Below, piece after piece: positions 12,390 to 27,878 of a stretch of 64,000 nt of DNA (position 1 is the first letter of the stretch; the number at the start of each line of letters is the position of its first letter). The translations under genes were made by a program, and so were the position numbers. The stretch is from Anaeramoeba ignava BMAN. Its lineage: Eukaryota; Protista; Anaeramoebae. Location: contig JAPDFW010000092.1 of assembly GCA_028826165.1 (NCBI GenBank), forward strand, positions 248,001 to 312,000, given 5' to 3'. A model generated the notes under the pieces. The model saw nothing but the letters and a program-made list of their open reading frames with translations, did not search any database and was not told the origin of the DNA.

Positions 12390-14840
12390 ATTTAAAGATA
12401 TTTAGAGATATTTAATTATTTAGGATATTTAGGATATTTAGGATATTTAGGATATTTAAGATATTTAGGATATTTAGGATATTTAGGATATTTAGGATAT
12501 TTAGAGATATTTAGAGATATTTAAGGATATTTAAGATATTTAAGGATATTTAAAGATATTTAAAGATATTTAAAGATATTTAGGATATTTAGGATATTTA
12601 GGATATTTAGGATATTTAAAGATATTTAAGATATTTAGAGATATTTAAAGATATTTAGGATATTTAGATTTTAGAGATATTTAGGATATTTAAAGATATT
12701 TAAAGATATTTAAAGATATTTAAGGATATTTAGGATATTTAGAGATATTTAGGATATTTAAAGATATTTAAGATATTTAGAGATATTTAAAGATATTTAG
12801 GATATTTAGGATATTTAGGATATTTAAAGATATTTAGGATATTTAAAGATATTTAAAGATATTTAAAGATATTTAAGGATATTTAAAGATATTTAGAGAT
12901 ATTTAGGATATTTAAAGATATTTAGGATATTTAGGATATTTAGGATATTTAGGATATTTAAGATATTTAGAGATATTTAAAGATATTTAAAGATATTTAA
13001 AGATATTTAAAGATATTTAAAGATATTTAGGATATTTAAAAGATATTTAGGATATTTAAGAGATATTTAAATATTTAAAGATATTTAGATATTTAAAGAT
13101 ATTTAAATATTTAGAGATATTTAGAGATATTTAAAGATATTTAGGATTATTTTAGATATTTTAAGTTAGATATTTAAAGATATTTTAAAGATATTTAAAA
13201 GATATTTAAAGATATTTAAAGATATTTAGAGATATTTAAAGATATTTAAAGATATTTAGAGATATTTAAATTATTTAAAGATATTTAGAGATATTTAGAG
13301 ATATTTAGAGATATTTAGAGATATTTAATTATTTAGGATATTTAGGATATTTAGGATATTTAGAGATATTTAGAGATATTTAAAGATATTTAGGATATTT
13401 AGAGATATTTAGAGATATTTAATTATTTAGAGATATTTAAAGATATTTAGAGATATTTAAAGATATTTAAAGATATTTAGGGATATTTAGAGATATTTAG
13501 GATATTTAAAGATATTTAGGATATTTAAAGATATTTAGGATATTTAAAAGATATTTAAAAGATATTTAAAGATATTTAAAGATATTTAAAGATATTTAAA
13601 GATATTTAAAAGATATTTAAAGAGATATTTAAAGATATTTAGGATATTTAGGATATTTAAAGATATTTAAAAGATATTTAAAAGATATTTAGGATATTTA
13701 AAGATATTTAAAAGATATTTAAAAGATATTTAAAAGATATTTAAAAAGATTTAAAGATATATTTAAAAAGATATTTAGGATATTTAAAGATATTTAGAGA
13801 TATTTTGTGATATTTGAGAGATATTTAAGGATATTTAAAAGATTAAAGATATTTAAAAGATATTTAGAGATATTTAATTATTTAGGATATTTAGATATTT
13901 AAAGATATTTAAAAGATATTTAAAAGATATTTAAAGATATTTAAAGATATTTAAAAGATATTTAAAGATATTTAAAAGATATTTAAAAGATATTTAGGAT
14001 ATTTAGAGATATTTAAAGATATTTAGGATATTTAGGATATTTGTGATATTTAGGATATTTAAGGATATTTAAAAGATATTTAAAGATATTTAAAAGATAT
14101 TTAGGATATTTAGGATATTTAAAGATATTTAAAGGATATTTAAGATATTTAAAGATATTTAAAGATATTTAAAAGATATTTAAAAGATATTTAGAGATAT
14201 TTAAAAGATATTTAAAGATATTAAAAAGATATTTAGAGAAGATATTTTTAGGATATTTAAATATTTAGGATATTTAGGATATTTAAAGATATTTAAAGAT
14301 ATAAAAATTTGAGATATTTAAAGATATTTAGGATATTTAAAGAAGATATTCAAAGGATATTTCAAAAGATATTTAAAGATATTTAAAGATATTTAGGATA
14401 TTTAAAAGATATTTAAAGATATTTTTAGGATATTTCCAAAAAGATATTTAGGATATTTAGGATATTTAAAGATATTTAGGATATTTAAAGATATTTAAAG
14501 ATATTTAGAGATATTTAAAGATATTTAAGGATATTTAGAGATATTTAGAGATATTTAAAGATATTTAAAGGATATTTAGGATATTTAAAGATATTTAAAG
14601 ATATTTAAAGATATTTAAAGATATTTAAAGATATTTAAAGATATTTAGAGATATTTAGGATATTTAGGATATTTAGAGGATATTTAGGATATTTAAGGAT
14701 ATTTAAAGATATTTAAAGATATTTAAAGATATTTAAAGATATTTAAAGATATTTAGGATATTTAGGATATTTAGGATATTTAGAGATATTTAGAAATATT
14801 TAAATTATTAAATTATTAAGATATTTAAAGATATTTAAAG
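12390..14840. repeat. ~2.45-kb intergenic minisatellite of 9-11-bp units GATATTTA(G/AA/GA)
   Basis: Visible directly; starts exactly where homology with the copy-1 downstream region ends. Confidence 0.95.
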
Positions 14841-15346
14841 GTATTTGAAAATTTATTTAAAAAAGGATTTAAATATTGATTTAAATTGAATACAAAATAA
14901 TTTAATAATTTTTTTAATTAAAAAAGAAAAAAAATGGGAAAAAGGGGTTTTTTTTATTAAAAAAAATGATCTAATTTAATTTATTCTTTTATTTTTAATT
15001 TTTTATTCTTTTTATTCTTTTTATTCTTTTATTCTTTTTAATAAAAATTAATTATAAAAATTTTTTTTTTTTAATTTAAATTCCCATTTTTTTAAATTAA
15101 AAAAAAAATAAAAATAAAAATAAAAACTTCATTTTTCAATTTTTTTTTTCCTTCATAAATTCCTTTTTTCTTACTTTGAATCTTTTCTAAAAACTATAAA
15201 GGAAAAAGAATATTTTTTCGGTTTTTTTCTTCTTTGAATTAACATATCGAATCAAAATTAACGAATTAAAAAACAAAAAGAGAATAACAAAAAAAACTTT
15301 CCAAAAACCCACATTCAAAACAAATCAATTATTTAATCAATTAACA

Positions 15347-16475
15347 ATGATACATAATTCAGAATCAATACCTTGTATTATTGGATCAACATTAGGAATG
15401 TTTGGAGCATTAAGCTTTGCAGTTGTTTATATTAGTTTCAAAGCAATTAGAAATTTTCCAAGAAAACTTATGTTTACTTTATCAATTTATGATTTTCTTT
15501 CAAGTTTTATCCTATTTTTGCCTGGTCCAATTTCAAGTGGTCTTTGTAAAGTCCAAGGATATTTAATTGCTTATACTTTTCCAACTCCAAGTTATTGGTG
15601 TTTGATTGTTGCTATTATTTTCATCTTGAAAATTTATGGTTGGAAATATACGGAATTAGAAAAGTTCTTTATAGGAGCACATATTGTAATGCATATTATT
15701 GAGATTCTTATTACTTCTTTATTTATTGGTTATGCTACTCCGAGAATTGGTCATACTCATTGGTATTTTCATTATTATTTTTTATTATTTTTTATTTATT
15801 ATTGTTATTCCTCTTTTTATTATTATTGATTATTGAATATTAAAAAAAAGGTGTTGGATAAAGGAAATTTGGTTAGAAGCTATAATTTATTCATTTTATT
15901 GGGCATTTCTTATTGGTTGTCTTGTTTTTTATTCAATTTTAATTTGGAAAGCTAGAAAAATAAAAGGACAATCGGATTTTGAAAAAGGATTTCAAATAAA
16001 AATGTTTTTCATTCCAATTCTTTATGTTTTTACTGCAATTTGGACTTCATGGAAAAGATTAAGAGAAATGATAGATCCAAGTGTTCCAAACAACGAATTT
16101 CTTGATTTTACTCAAGGATTATTTCTTCCAACTCAAGGATTTTGGGATTTTGTCTTATTTGTTGTTTTTGATAAAGAAATTCGACAAGAAATAAAAAAGA
16201 AATGGTTTAAATGTTGTTCTAAAAAAAAAACTGATGATAAAGATGAAAAAGATAAAAAGACAGGAAATGATTTAGAAAGTCCAGATATTTCTTCAGATGA
16301 AAAAAAAGAACAAGAAAAAGAACAAGAAAGAAAAAATGCTCAATATTATCCAACTCTTCCAAATCAAGAAGTGGAAATTGAAATGAAATCAATTGAGGAA
16401 GAATCTTCAAGTACAGAAGAAATAGTTTCTAATTCTGGAGTTGATGTTAAATCAATTGAACAAGATGATCTTTAA
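15347..16475 (+). CDS. cAMP-receptor-like GPCR, copy 3 (346 aa)
   Basis: Exons 15347-15762 and 15851-16475, with an 88-nt intron at the same position and phase as in copies 1 and 2. Confidence 0.92.
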
Positions 16476-16764
16476 AATTCTTTTAATTTTCCCAAATTCT
16501 ATTTTTTTTTTTTTTGATAACTTTTTTTTTTCAAACTAATTGAAATTGAAAAAGAAAAAAAAAAAAGAAAAAAAGATTTGATTTTTTCTTTTTGAAAAGT
16601 TAATTTATTTCCAAAAAAAAAATAACAAAACAAATTCAAAAAAAAAAACAAATTTATTTCAAAACAAAAAGAAACAAAATCTTTAAACAAAAAAAAAAGA
16701 GGAATAAAATTTTTCCAAAAAAATTTTTCTTCTTTTTCTTCTTTTTTCTTCTTTTGGAAAAATT

Positions 16765-17819
16765 TTATTTAACATGTAAAGATAATTCCAACGTTTTTTG
16801 TAATTGATTGTAATTTAAATCAGATTCATCAATTGATCTAGAAATAGTTTGATCAAAAACATCATCAAAAACTTGAATATGATGAAAATTATCAGAAATA
16901 ATTGGTAAAGGAGAAGAATTTGTTTTAAAAGAATTCGCATTATTTTCTTCCATAATTTGCATAATTTTTGCTTGTTGTTTTTGACGTGGTAATTGTTCGT
17001 TAACAATTTTCTTAAAAACTTCTTTGTTTTGTTTTCTTATTCTAGATTCTCTTATTTGTGCTTTTTTATTTGCTTGTTCAATTTGTTTTTGATTTTCTTC
17101 TTCTCGTAAAACTTCTTCTTTGGGTCGATTTCCTGTATATTTAACTGTGAAATTTGGTTTTTGACAAAACGGACATCTAAAAAAATTTTTAAGAGAAATT
17201 TTTATGAGAAAAATTATTGGCTATTTGAATGTTTTTTTTTTTAATAATTAAATAATCATTTGTTTTTTTATTTTAAAATAATTTTCAAATGTTTTTTGAT
17301 GTGATCAATTACTTATTGATCAATAAATATAAATAAAAATATAAATATAAATATAAATATAAATATAAATATAAATATAAATATAAATATAAATATAAAT
17401 ATAATTATAAATATAAATATAAATATAAATTCAAAATGTTAATGTCAAATGTTTTGAAATTATATTATAAGAAAAAAAAATTGAGGAAATGTATTATTTT
17501 TTTCTTGCTTAATAATAGCAAGGTGGATCAATTACAAATTATCTTTAGTTGGTTCATTAGGAGTAATTTGTAAAAAGCATTCAGAACAAATTGAATGTTG
17601 ACAGCAATTTGTTAAATTAATTGTCGGATAAAAATAAAAACAAATCGGACATTCTTCTCTTGTTGTTTCTGTTTTATTTGATTCAGGGGGATAAAGTGGT
17701 GCTAATTCTTTTTTAAATATTCTTTTTTTAACTGTATTTTCATTCCATTTGATTTTTTCATAAATTCCTGTTGATTTTGTATATATTTTATGTGCTTGTT
17801 TTGAGTTATTATTTCCCAT
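16765..17819 (-). CDS. Sip5/DA2(GW2)-type RING finger protein (231 aa)
   Basis: Exons 17819-17536 and 17176-16765. MGN N-myristoylation-like start; LAPLYP; [26 protein letters not shown]..., with the RING completed by CPFC after splicing; UIM-like LQKTLELSL near the end. Confidence 0.85.
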
Positions 17820-18045
17820 TTTTTATTTTTGTTAAAATCCAAAAAAAAAAATAATTAAAAAATAAAAAGAAAAAATAATTAAAAAGAAAAAATAATGAAA
17901 AAATAAAGAAAAAAATGAAAACAAAAAATGGGAAAAAAGTTATTTATTTAAATAACGTTTTTTTATAAAATTATGAGTCATTTAAAAACAAAAAACAAAA
18001 AAAAAATTTTTTTTAATTTTTAATTTTTAATTTTAATTTTATAAT

Positions 18046-18129
18046 AGGATCTCAGTTAAAGTATCTCATCAAAAATTAAATTTGATTCAGAAACACAGAC
18101 CAAGATACTTAGTTTTCATCACAGATCCT
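18046..18129 (-). ncRNA. U18: Box C/D snoRNA, U18/snR18 homologue
   Basis: Minus strand reads AGGATC-T-GTGATGA(C box)...CTTGGTCTGTGTTT-CTGA(D')...TTGATGA(C')...CTGA(D)-GATCCT, with a 6-bp terminal stem. The D' guide matches U18/snR18 (TTGGTCCGTGTTT-CTGA) and complements the conserved LSU rRNA segment AAACACGGACCAAG with one G-U pair. Confidence 0.9.
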
Positions 18130-18175
18130 TTTATTATTTTATTTTTATTTTTATATATTAAAAAAATAAAAATTT

Positions 18176-18225
18176 GTAAAATGAAAAATGAAAAATGAAA
18201 AATGAAAAAATGAAAAAATGAAAAA
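18176..18225 (-). promoter_or_regulatory. Tandem TTTTCATTT initiator-like tract upstream of the snoRNA
   Basis: About six ATGAAAAA copies on the plus strand; the same tract precedes most protein genes in sense orientation. Confidence 0.45.
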
Positions 18226-18302
18226 TAATTTAATCAAAAAAGTGGAATAAATTATTAATCAATATTGTCTTTTATTTAGATAAAATTGTTTATAAAAAAA
18301 AA

Positions 18303-21513
<3,211 letters not shown>

Positions 21514-21730
21514 ATATAAAAAGATTTTTTATAATTTATAATTTATAACAAATAATGAAAAAATGGAAGAAAAAATGAAAAAAAAAATGAAAAAAATGAT
21601 TTCATTCTTTTTTTTTTTAAAATAATTTTTTTTTAATTATTTTTTTTCTCCATTTTTTTTTTCATTTTTTTTCTTTCAATTCTTTATTTTAATTTAATTT
21701 AATTTAAATTTTTTTTTTCCAAAATAATAA

Positions 21731-24700
21731 ATGGCAAATATTGATTCTCAAATACGCACATTTTTATTAAGAGTTTCTTATCATAAAGATATTCATTATT
21801 TACAACAAGATTCAAATGAAAACATAGCAAAAGTGTCTTCTCAAGATTTACTTTTAAGATGGGTTAATTTTATTAATCAAACTCCTAAAATTTCAAAGTT
21901 TTCAGATCTTTCTGTAAAAAAATTTATAATTAATTATATATATTTTTTTTGCTTTTTTTCTTTTAAATATTTTTTTTTACATAATTCCAATTAAATTCAA
22001 AAATTAAATTCAAAATTAAATTCAAAATTAAATTCAAAATTAAATTCAAAATTAAATTCAATATTAAATTCAAAATTAAATTCAAAATTAAATTCAAAAT
22101 TAAATTCAAAATTAAATTCAATATTAAATTCAAAATTAAATTCAATATTAAATTCAAAATTAAATTCAAAATTAAATTCAAAATTAAATTCAAAATTAAA
22201 TTCAATATTAAATTCAAAATTAAAAAATTAAATTCAAAATTAAATTCAAAATTAAATTCAAAATTAAATTCAAAATTAAATTCAATATTAAATTCAATAT
22301 TAAATTCAAAATTAAATTCAAAATTAAATTCAAAATTAAATTCAAATATTAAATTCAAAATTAAATTCAAAATTAAATTCAAAATTAAATTAAATATTAA
22401 ATTCAAAATTAAATTCAAAATTAAATTCAATATTAAATTCAAAATTTAAAATTAAATTCAAAATTAAAATTAAATTCAAAATTAAATTCAAAATTAAATT
22501 CAAAATTAAAAAATTAAATTCAAAATTAAATTCAAAATTAAATTCAAAATTAAATTCAAAATTAAATTCAAAGTAAAATTAAATTCAAAATTAAATTAAA
22601 ATTATTAAATTCAAAATTAAATTCAAAATTAAATTCAAAATTAAATTCAAAATTAAATTCAAAAAAAATTTCAAAATTAAATTCAAAATTAAATTCAAAA
22701 TTAAATTCAAAAATTAAATTCAAAATTAAATTCAAAAATTAAATTCAAAATTAAATTCAAAATTAAATTCAAAATTAAATTCAATATTAAATTCAAAAAT
22801 TAAATTCAAATTAAATTAAATTAAATTTCAAAATTAAATTAAAAATTAAATTCAAAAATTAAATTCAAAAATTAAATTCAAAATTAAATTCAAAATTAAA
22901 TTCAATATTAAATTAAAAATATTAAATTCAAAATTAAATCTCAAAATTAAATTCAAAAATTAAAAAATTAAATTCAAAATTAAATCAAAAAATTAAATTC
23001 AAAAATTAAATTCCGAAATTAAATTCAAAAATTAAATTCTATATTAAATTCAAAATTAAATTCAAATTAAATTCAATATTAAATTCAAAATTAAATCCAC
23101 ATTAAATTCTAAATTAAATTCAAAATTAAATTCAAAATTAAATTCAAAATAAATTCAATAATTAAATTCAAAATTAAATTCAAAATTAAATTCAAAAATT
23201 AAATTCAAAAAAATTAAATTCAAAAAATTAAATTCAAAATTAAATTCAAAAATTAAATTCAAAAATTAAATTCAAAAATTAAATTCAAAATTAAATTCAA
23301 AATTAAATTCAAAATTAAATTCAAAATTAAATTCAAAATTAAATTCAAAATTAAATTCAAAATTAAATTCAAAATTAAATTCAAAATTAAATTCAATATT
23401 AAATTCAAAATTAAATTCAAAATTAAATTCAAAATTAAATTCAACATTAAATTCAAAATTAAATTCAAAATTAAATTCAAAATTAAATTCAAAATTAAAT
23501 TCAATATTAAATTCAAAATTAAATTCAAAATTAAAAATAAAATTAAAGGATTCAATTCTTCTCGCAAAATTAATTTTAAGACTTACAAACAATCCACAAG
23601 CTCGAAAAGTTTTTACTGAAGATTCACATATTAAAAGAGCTGAAATTATTAATACCATCCTACAAGAAACAGACTATAAAGGAACATTATGCAATCCTGA
23701 AGAAATAGCAAATGTATTTCTCTCTCTTTTTTTTAAATAAAATTAATTTGAAATTAATTACAATCTTTTTTTTTTTAATTCAAAGAAAAATGATAATGAA
23801 ATGATTAAATTAATTGCACAACTTTTTCTTTGGAGACCATCATTAAATCCAAATGAAAAAATTCAAGAACAAGATCAACCAAAACAAACAACAAATCAGG
23901 TTTAATTCCAAAAATATTAATTTTAAATATTTTAAATATTTATTTTAAATATTTATTTTAATTTTATTTTAAATATTTTAATTTTAAAAATATTCATTTT
24001 AAATATTTATTCCAAAAATATTTATTCCAAAAATATTTATTCCAAAAATATTAATTCCAAAAATATTTATTTTAAATATTTATTTTAAATTCATTTTAAA
24101 AATATTTATTTTAAATTTTAATAATAAAGCCACAAGTCACAACTGACGTCCAAGATATTCTTTCTAGAATTAAAAACAAAACAACATCCAAAATACAAAG
24201 TAAATTTGGATTATCACCAAAAACCAAAACAGAAACAGAACAACAAAAACCAAAACTTCAACATGATATCAAATCACTAATTTCTCAAATCAATCCAACA
24301 ACACCAACAACAACCAAACAACCAAAGTCACAAAGTATTCAAGAAATGCTTGACAGACACAAAAACAAAAAATCATTTGAATCACCAAAAATATCACCAA
24401 CAATTCCAAAACAAGAATCATCAAATTTTAAGGAAACCAAAACAAACTCATTTTCTCCTTATCAGAAATCAAAAACACCCGTAGTAGGAATCAAACAAGA
24501 AGATAAATCTCAATTTGAATCAAAATCATCACCAAATATCAGTTCAAATTTAATTTCTTCAAATCAAAAAAAAAGTAGTTATTCAAACGTTAATTCTTTA
24601 CTTGAAAGACTCAAAACAAAATCAAATGCAAAAAAACAACCGGAAGAAAATGAATCATACAATCAATCCCCACGGATACAACAACCAAAAGAAGAACCCA

Positions 24701-27670
24701 AACAAGAAGTTGATTTGACAAAATCTGTCGATAAAACAAATAATCAAAGCACTCCCAAACAAATCAAAAAAATAGAAACAAGTTCTCTTCTTTCTAAATA
24801 TCGAAAATCTTCAATCACAAAAAAAACCGACAATGAAAAAGATCTTCAGGAAGTAATTTCTAAACTAAGATCCATGTCAACTCCCGATCTTATTTACAGT
24901 ATCAAAAAGGAAATTGAACCCAAATTTTCAATTGATGAACTTGCTAAAAGAAAACAAAGATATTCTCCTTCATATTTTGAAGACATGCTTTTATCTTTCA
25001 AAAAAACTTTAAAAGGTGAAATTGATTTTGATTCAATCACTATTCAGGATGATGATGATGAAGATGATATTGATGAAGTTGATGAAAATTTGAAAGATTT
25101 GGAAGATGAAGAAAAATCTTTAAAATATCTTGATTCTTTAAGTTCTCCTCTTTTACTTCAATTTTCTAATTTGGATGATAATGTTAGTCAACAAATTACT
25201 AAATTTAAGCATTCTCTTTCTGAAACTCTTTCTCAATTAGAAAAAACCACCAAATCATCTGCACTTCAATTTAGAATTTATAAAGAAATGGAACGTTCAT
25301 CTCATATTGTATAGGAAAATTCATTTATAAAAAATTTATAAAATTTATTTATAAAATTTATAAAAATTTATAAAAATTATAAAATATCTAGGAATTAAAT
25401 AGAAATCAAAACGCTTTATTTTATGGAATTAAACAAATTTTGGAATCTTACCATTTTAAAACAATTAGCCCAAAAACAAATCAAGAACTTAGACAACAAA
25501 TTACTCAAAACTCACAAAACATTGCTTTTTTAAAAAGAAAAATTATAGAATTATTAAATGGAGAAAAAACAATCACAGAAAATCAACAAGAAATTGAAGA
25601 AGCAATTGAATCAATTCTTTATCTTTATTTACACACTAAAAAATTTGCAGAAGTACTTTTACCAAATATAGTGAACATATTAATTAATTCTCAAATAATT
25701 CCACAAGGTAATTAATTAATTAATTAGTTAGTTAATTAAAAAAGTTTTTTTAATCACTTTTTTGCTTTTTAGAAAAAATGGATGAATTCCAAAATTTTCT
25801 CTCAAACAAAATGGAAAATTTCTTTTATGGAGCTCTTAATCCTTCAACAGTTTTACACATTTTAACGGAAATATTTGATTTACTTTCAGTTCGACAAGCA
25901 AAAATTGTATCAGAAATCATTCTTTCAGAAACAAAGAAAAAAACACTAGGAGAAGTTATAAGATCAATTGCTTCTGAAAATTCACCACAAAAATTATACT
26001 TTGCATTCCAGGATTATTTCATGAAACAATTAGATCAAGAAACAGAAAGTTTTTCTTTGGAATTCCAAAAAATAATCAATATTTTTCGAGATCATTTGGA
26101 TGAAACAGATTTACTTTATTTATCTGTTCTATTGAATTCAGGTCAAACAAAGGAATTTTTCCACAATTTATGGTTGCCAATTTTTAACTTGTTTTCCCAA
26201 CTAGGATTGACAGTTCCGTTAATCCAATTAGCCGTTTTGAAAGAAATTGAAATTGTTGAGAATGAAGAAGATTTATTTCGAGCAGATAATTTCCCAACAA
26301 AATTAATTTCTCAATTCAATTTGGTATATGCAAAGGCATTTCTTTCAAAAGCTTTGAAAAACTCTATTAATGAACTCGCTTCCTTTTCTGGCGGATTTGA
26401 AATTGATCCTTATGTTGTTGAAAGTGAAGTTTTGGTTCAAAATTTAGCAAATATCAAAACTTTTTTCTACAAATTTTGGAATTCAATTATTGAATCTGTT
26501 GAATTTATTCCAATTGAATTTAAATTTTTATCCAATTTTATAAAATCAAACATTTCAAAAGTTGATCCTTTGATTTCTGTTGGATCTTTCATTTTCCTGA
26601 AACTATTTTGTCCTGCAATTTCTGATCCCAATCGTTATGGAATTATTAATTGTAAATTTAATTTTAATTTTAATTTTAATTTTAATTTTACTTAAAATTT
26701 TAATTTTTAATTTATTTAGATAAAATTAATGATGAAGCAAGAAAAGGATTAAATGTAATTTCAAGTATTTTACAACAATTATCAAAAGGAACTACTTTTA
26801 GTGAAGAAAGAGAACAATATCAAATATTTAATAAAGATATCAATATGAAATTAAAGGAAAGAAATGATTTTCTTGAAGAAATTTGTGTAAAAAATTAATT
26901 CATTTTGAAAATTCATTTTGAAAATTAAAATTCATTTTAAAAATTAATAGAAAGTAAAAACCTTAAATCTTTCTCAATTACTTGTTCCTTTTTCTTCTCA
27001 AACAGAAGATGATTTTGATTCTGGTGTTCCACCAGCATTGACTCACAAAGTATTTGTTTGCAAACAAATATATACAAAAGAATCACTTGTTGCTCAATTT
27101 TATACTGTGATTTTCCAATTTTTAAAAGAATTCATGGAAAACAATTCAGATCGTGAATCAAAACAAAATTATTTAGAAAACCACAAAAATAAATTGGAAA
27201 TGATTGATCACGACTTATTTTTTTTGGATAACTCAATTGATTTTATCAATCGGTCATTAACTCAAGTATTCGGAAAGAAGGAAGAAAAAATATCACAAAA
27301 TTATAAAGAATTGATGATGAATGAATGGAAAAAAGATGAGAATCAAGCAATAATACAAGGATGGGTTCAAATCATTACCCAAAAAAGATCATTGATTCCA
27401 AAGAAAAAATTTGTTATTCTTAAAGGAATATTTGTTGGAATCTTTTTTAAACAACCAGCAAAAATCACAGAACAACCAAATGATATTCTTCAAATCAATT
27501 CTTCTTCTCAAATACTTGATCTTTCAGACATAAAATCAACTTCGCGAAAAATAATATCAATTGTTCAAAAAGAACCGTTTTATCAAGAGTTTAAATTTTC
27601 AATCAATTCAAATGATTATAACCAATGGGTTTATCCTCTTAGAAAAATTAAAAAGACACAAGAAGTTTGA
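21731..27670 (+). CDS. Calponin-homology / RasGAP / PH-like multidomain protein (~1240 aa, 8 exons)
   Basis: Exons 21731-21913, 23549-23713, 23786-23899, 24130-25308, 25392-25707, 25773-26651, 26720-26886 and 26951-27670 splice in frame. Fimbrin-type CH (LLLRWVN, FSDLSDS, KRAEII, IAQLF); RasGAP (LFRADN, FEIDP, SFIFLKLFCPAI.DP..YGI); PH-like tail (IIQGW, KKKFVILKG, YNQWV..L). Confidence 0.85.
21985..23535 (+). repeat. 12-bp minisatellite (AAATTCAAAATT)n inside the 1635-nt intron 21914-23548
   Basis: Visible directly. Confidence 0.95.
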
Positions 27671-27878
27671 GTAAATATATCATTCTTTTGTAGTTTTTGT
27701 TCTGAAAGAGAAAGAAAAAAAATACACAAACAATTTCTTTTTTCATTTCAACAAAAATTTCATTTGAAAAATTCATTCATTCTTTAATTCATTAATTCAT
27801 TAATTCAAATATCTTTTTCTTTTCAAAAATTCCACATTTTGATAAAAAAAAAAAGCAAAAAAAAAAAGAAATCATTCT

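Noticed and set aside
12390-14840. Interstitial telomere (TTTAGG-like)
   Set aside because: The units are 9-11-bp GATATTTA variants traceable to a local seed; TTTAGGG is essentially absent.
17303-17535. Second GTAATTGATC donor copy inside the RING intron, suggesting a twintron or recursive splicing
   Set aside because: There is no AG|GT junction, no split donor and no in-frame microexon; one 359-nt intron explains the frame.
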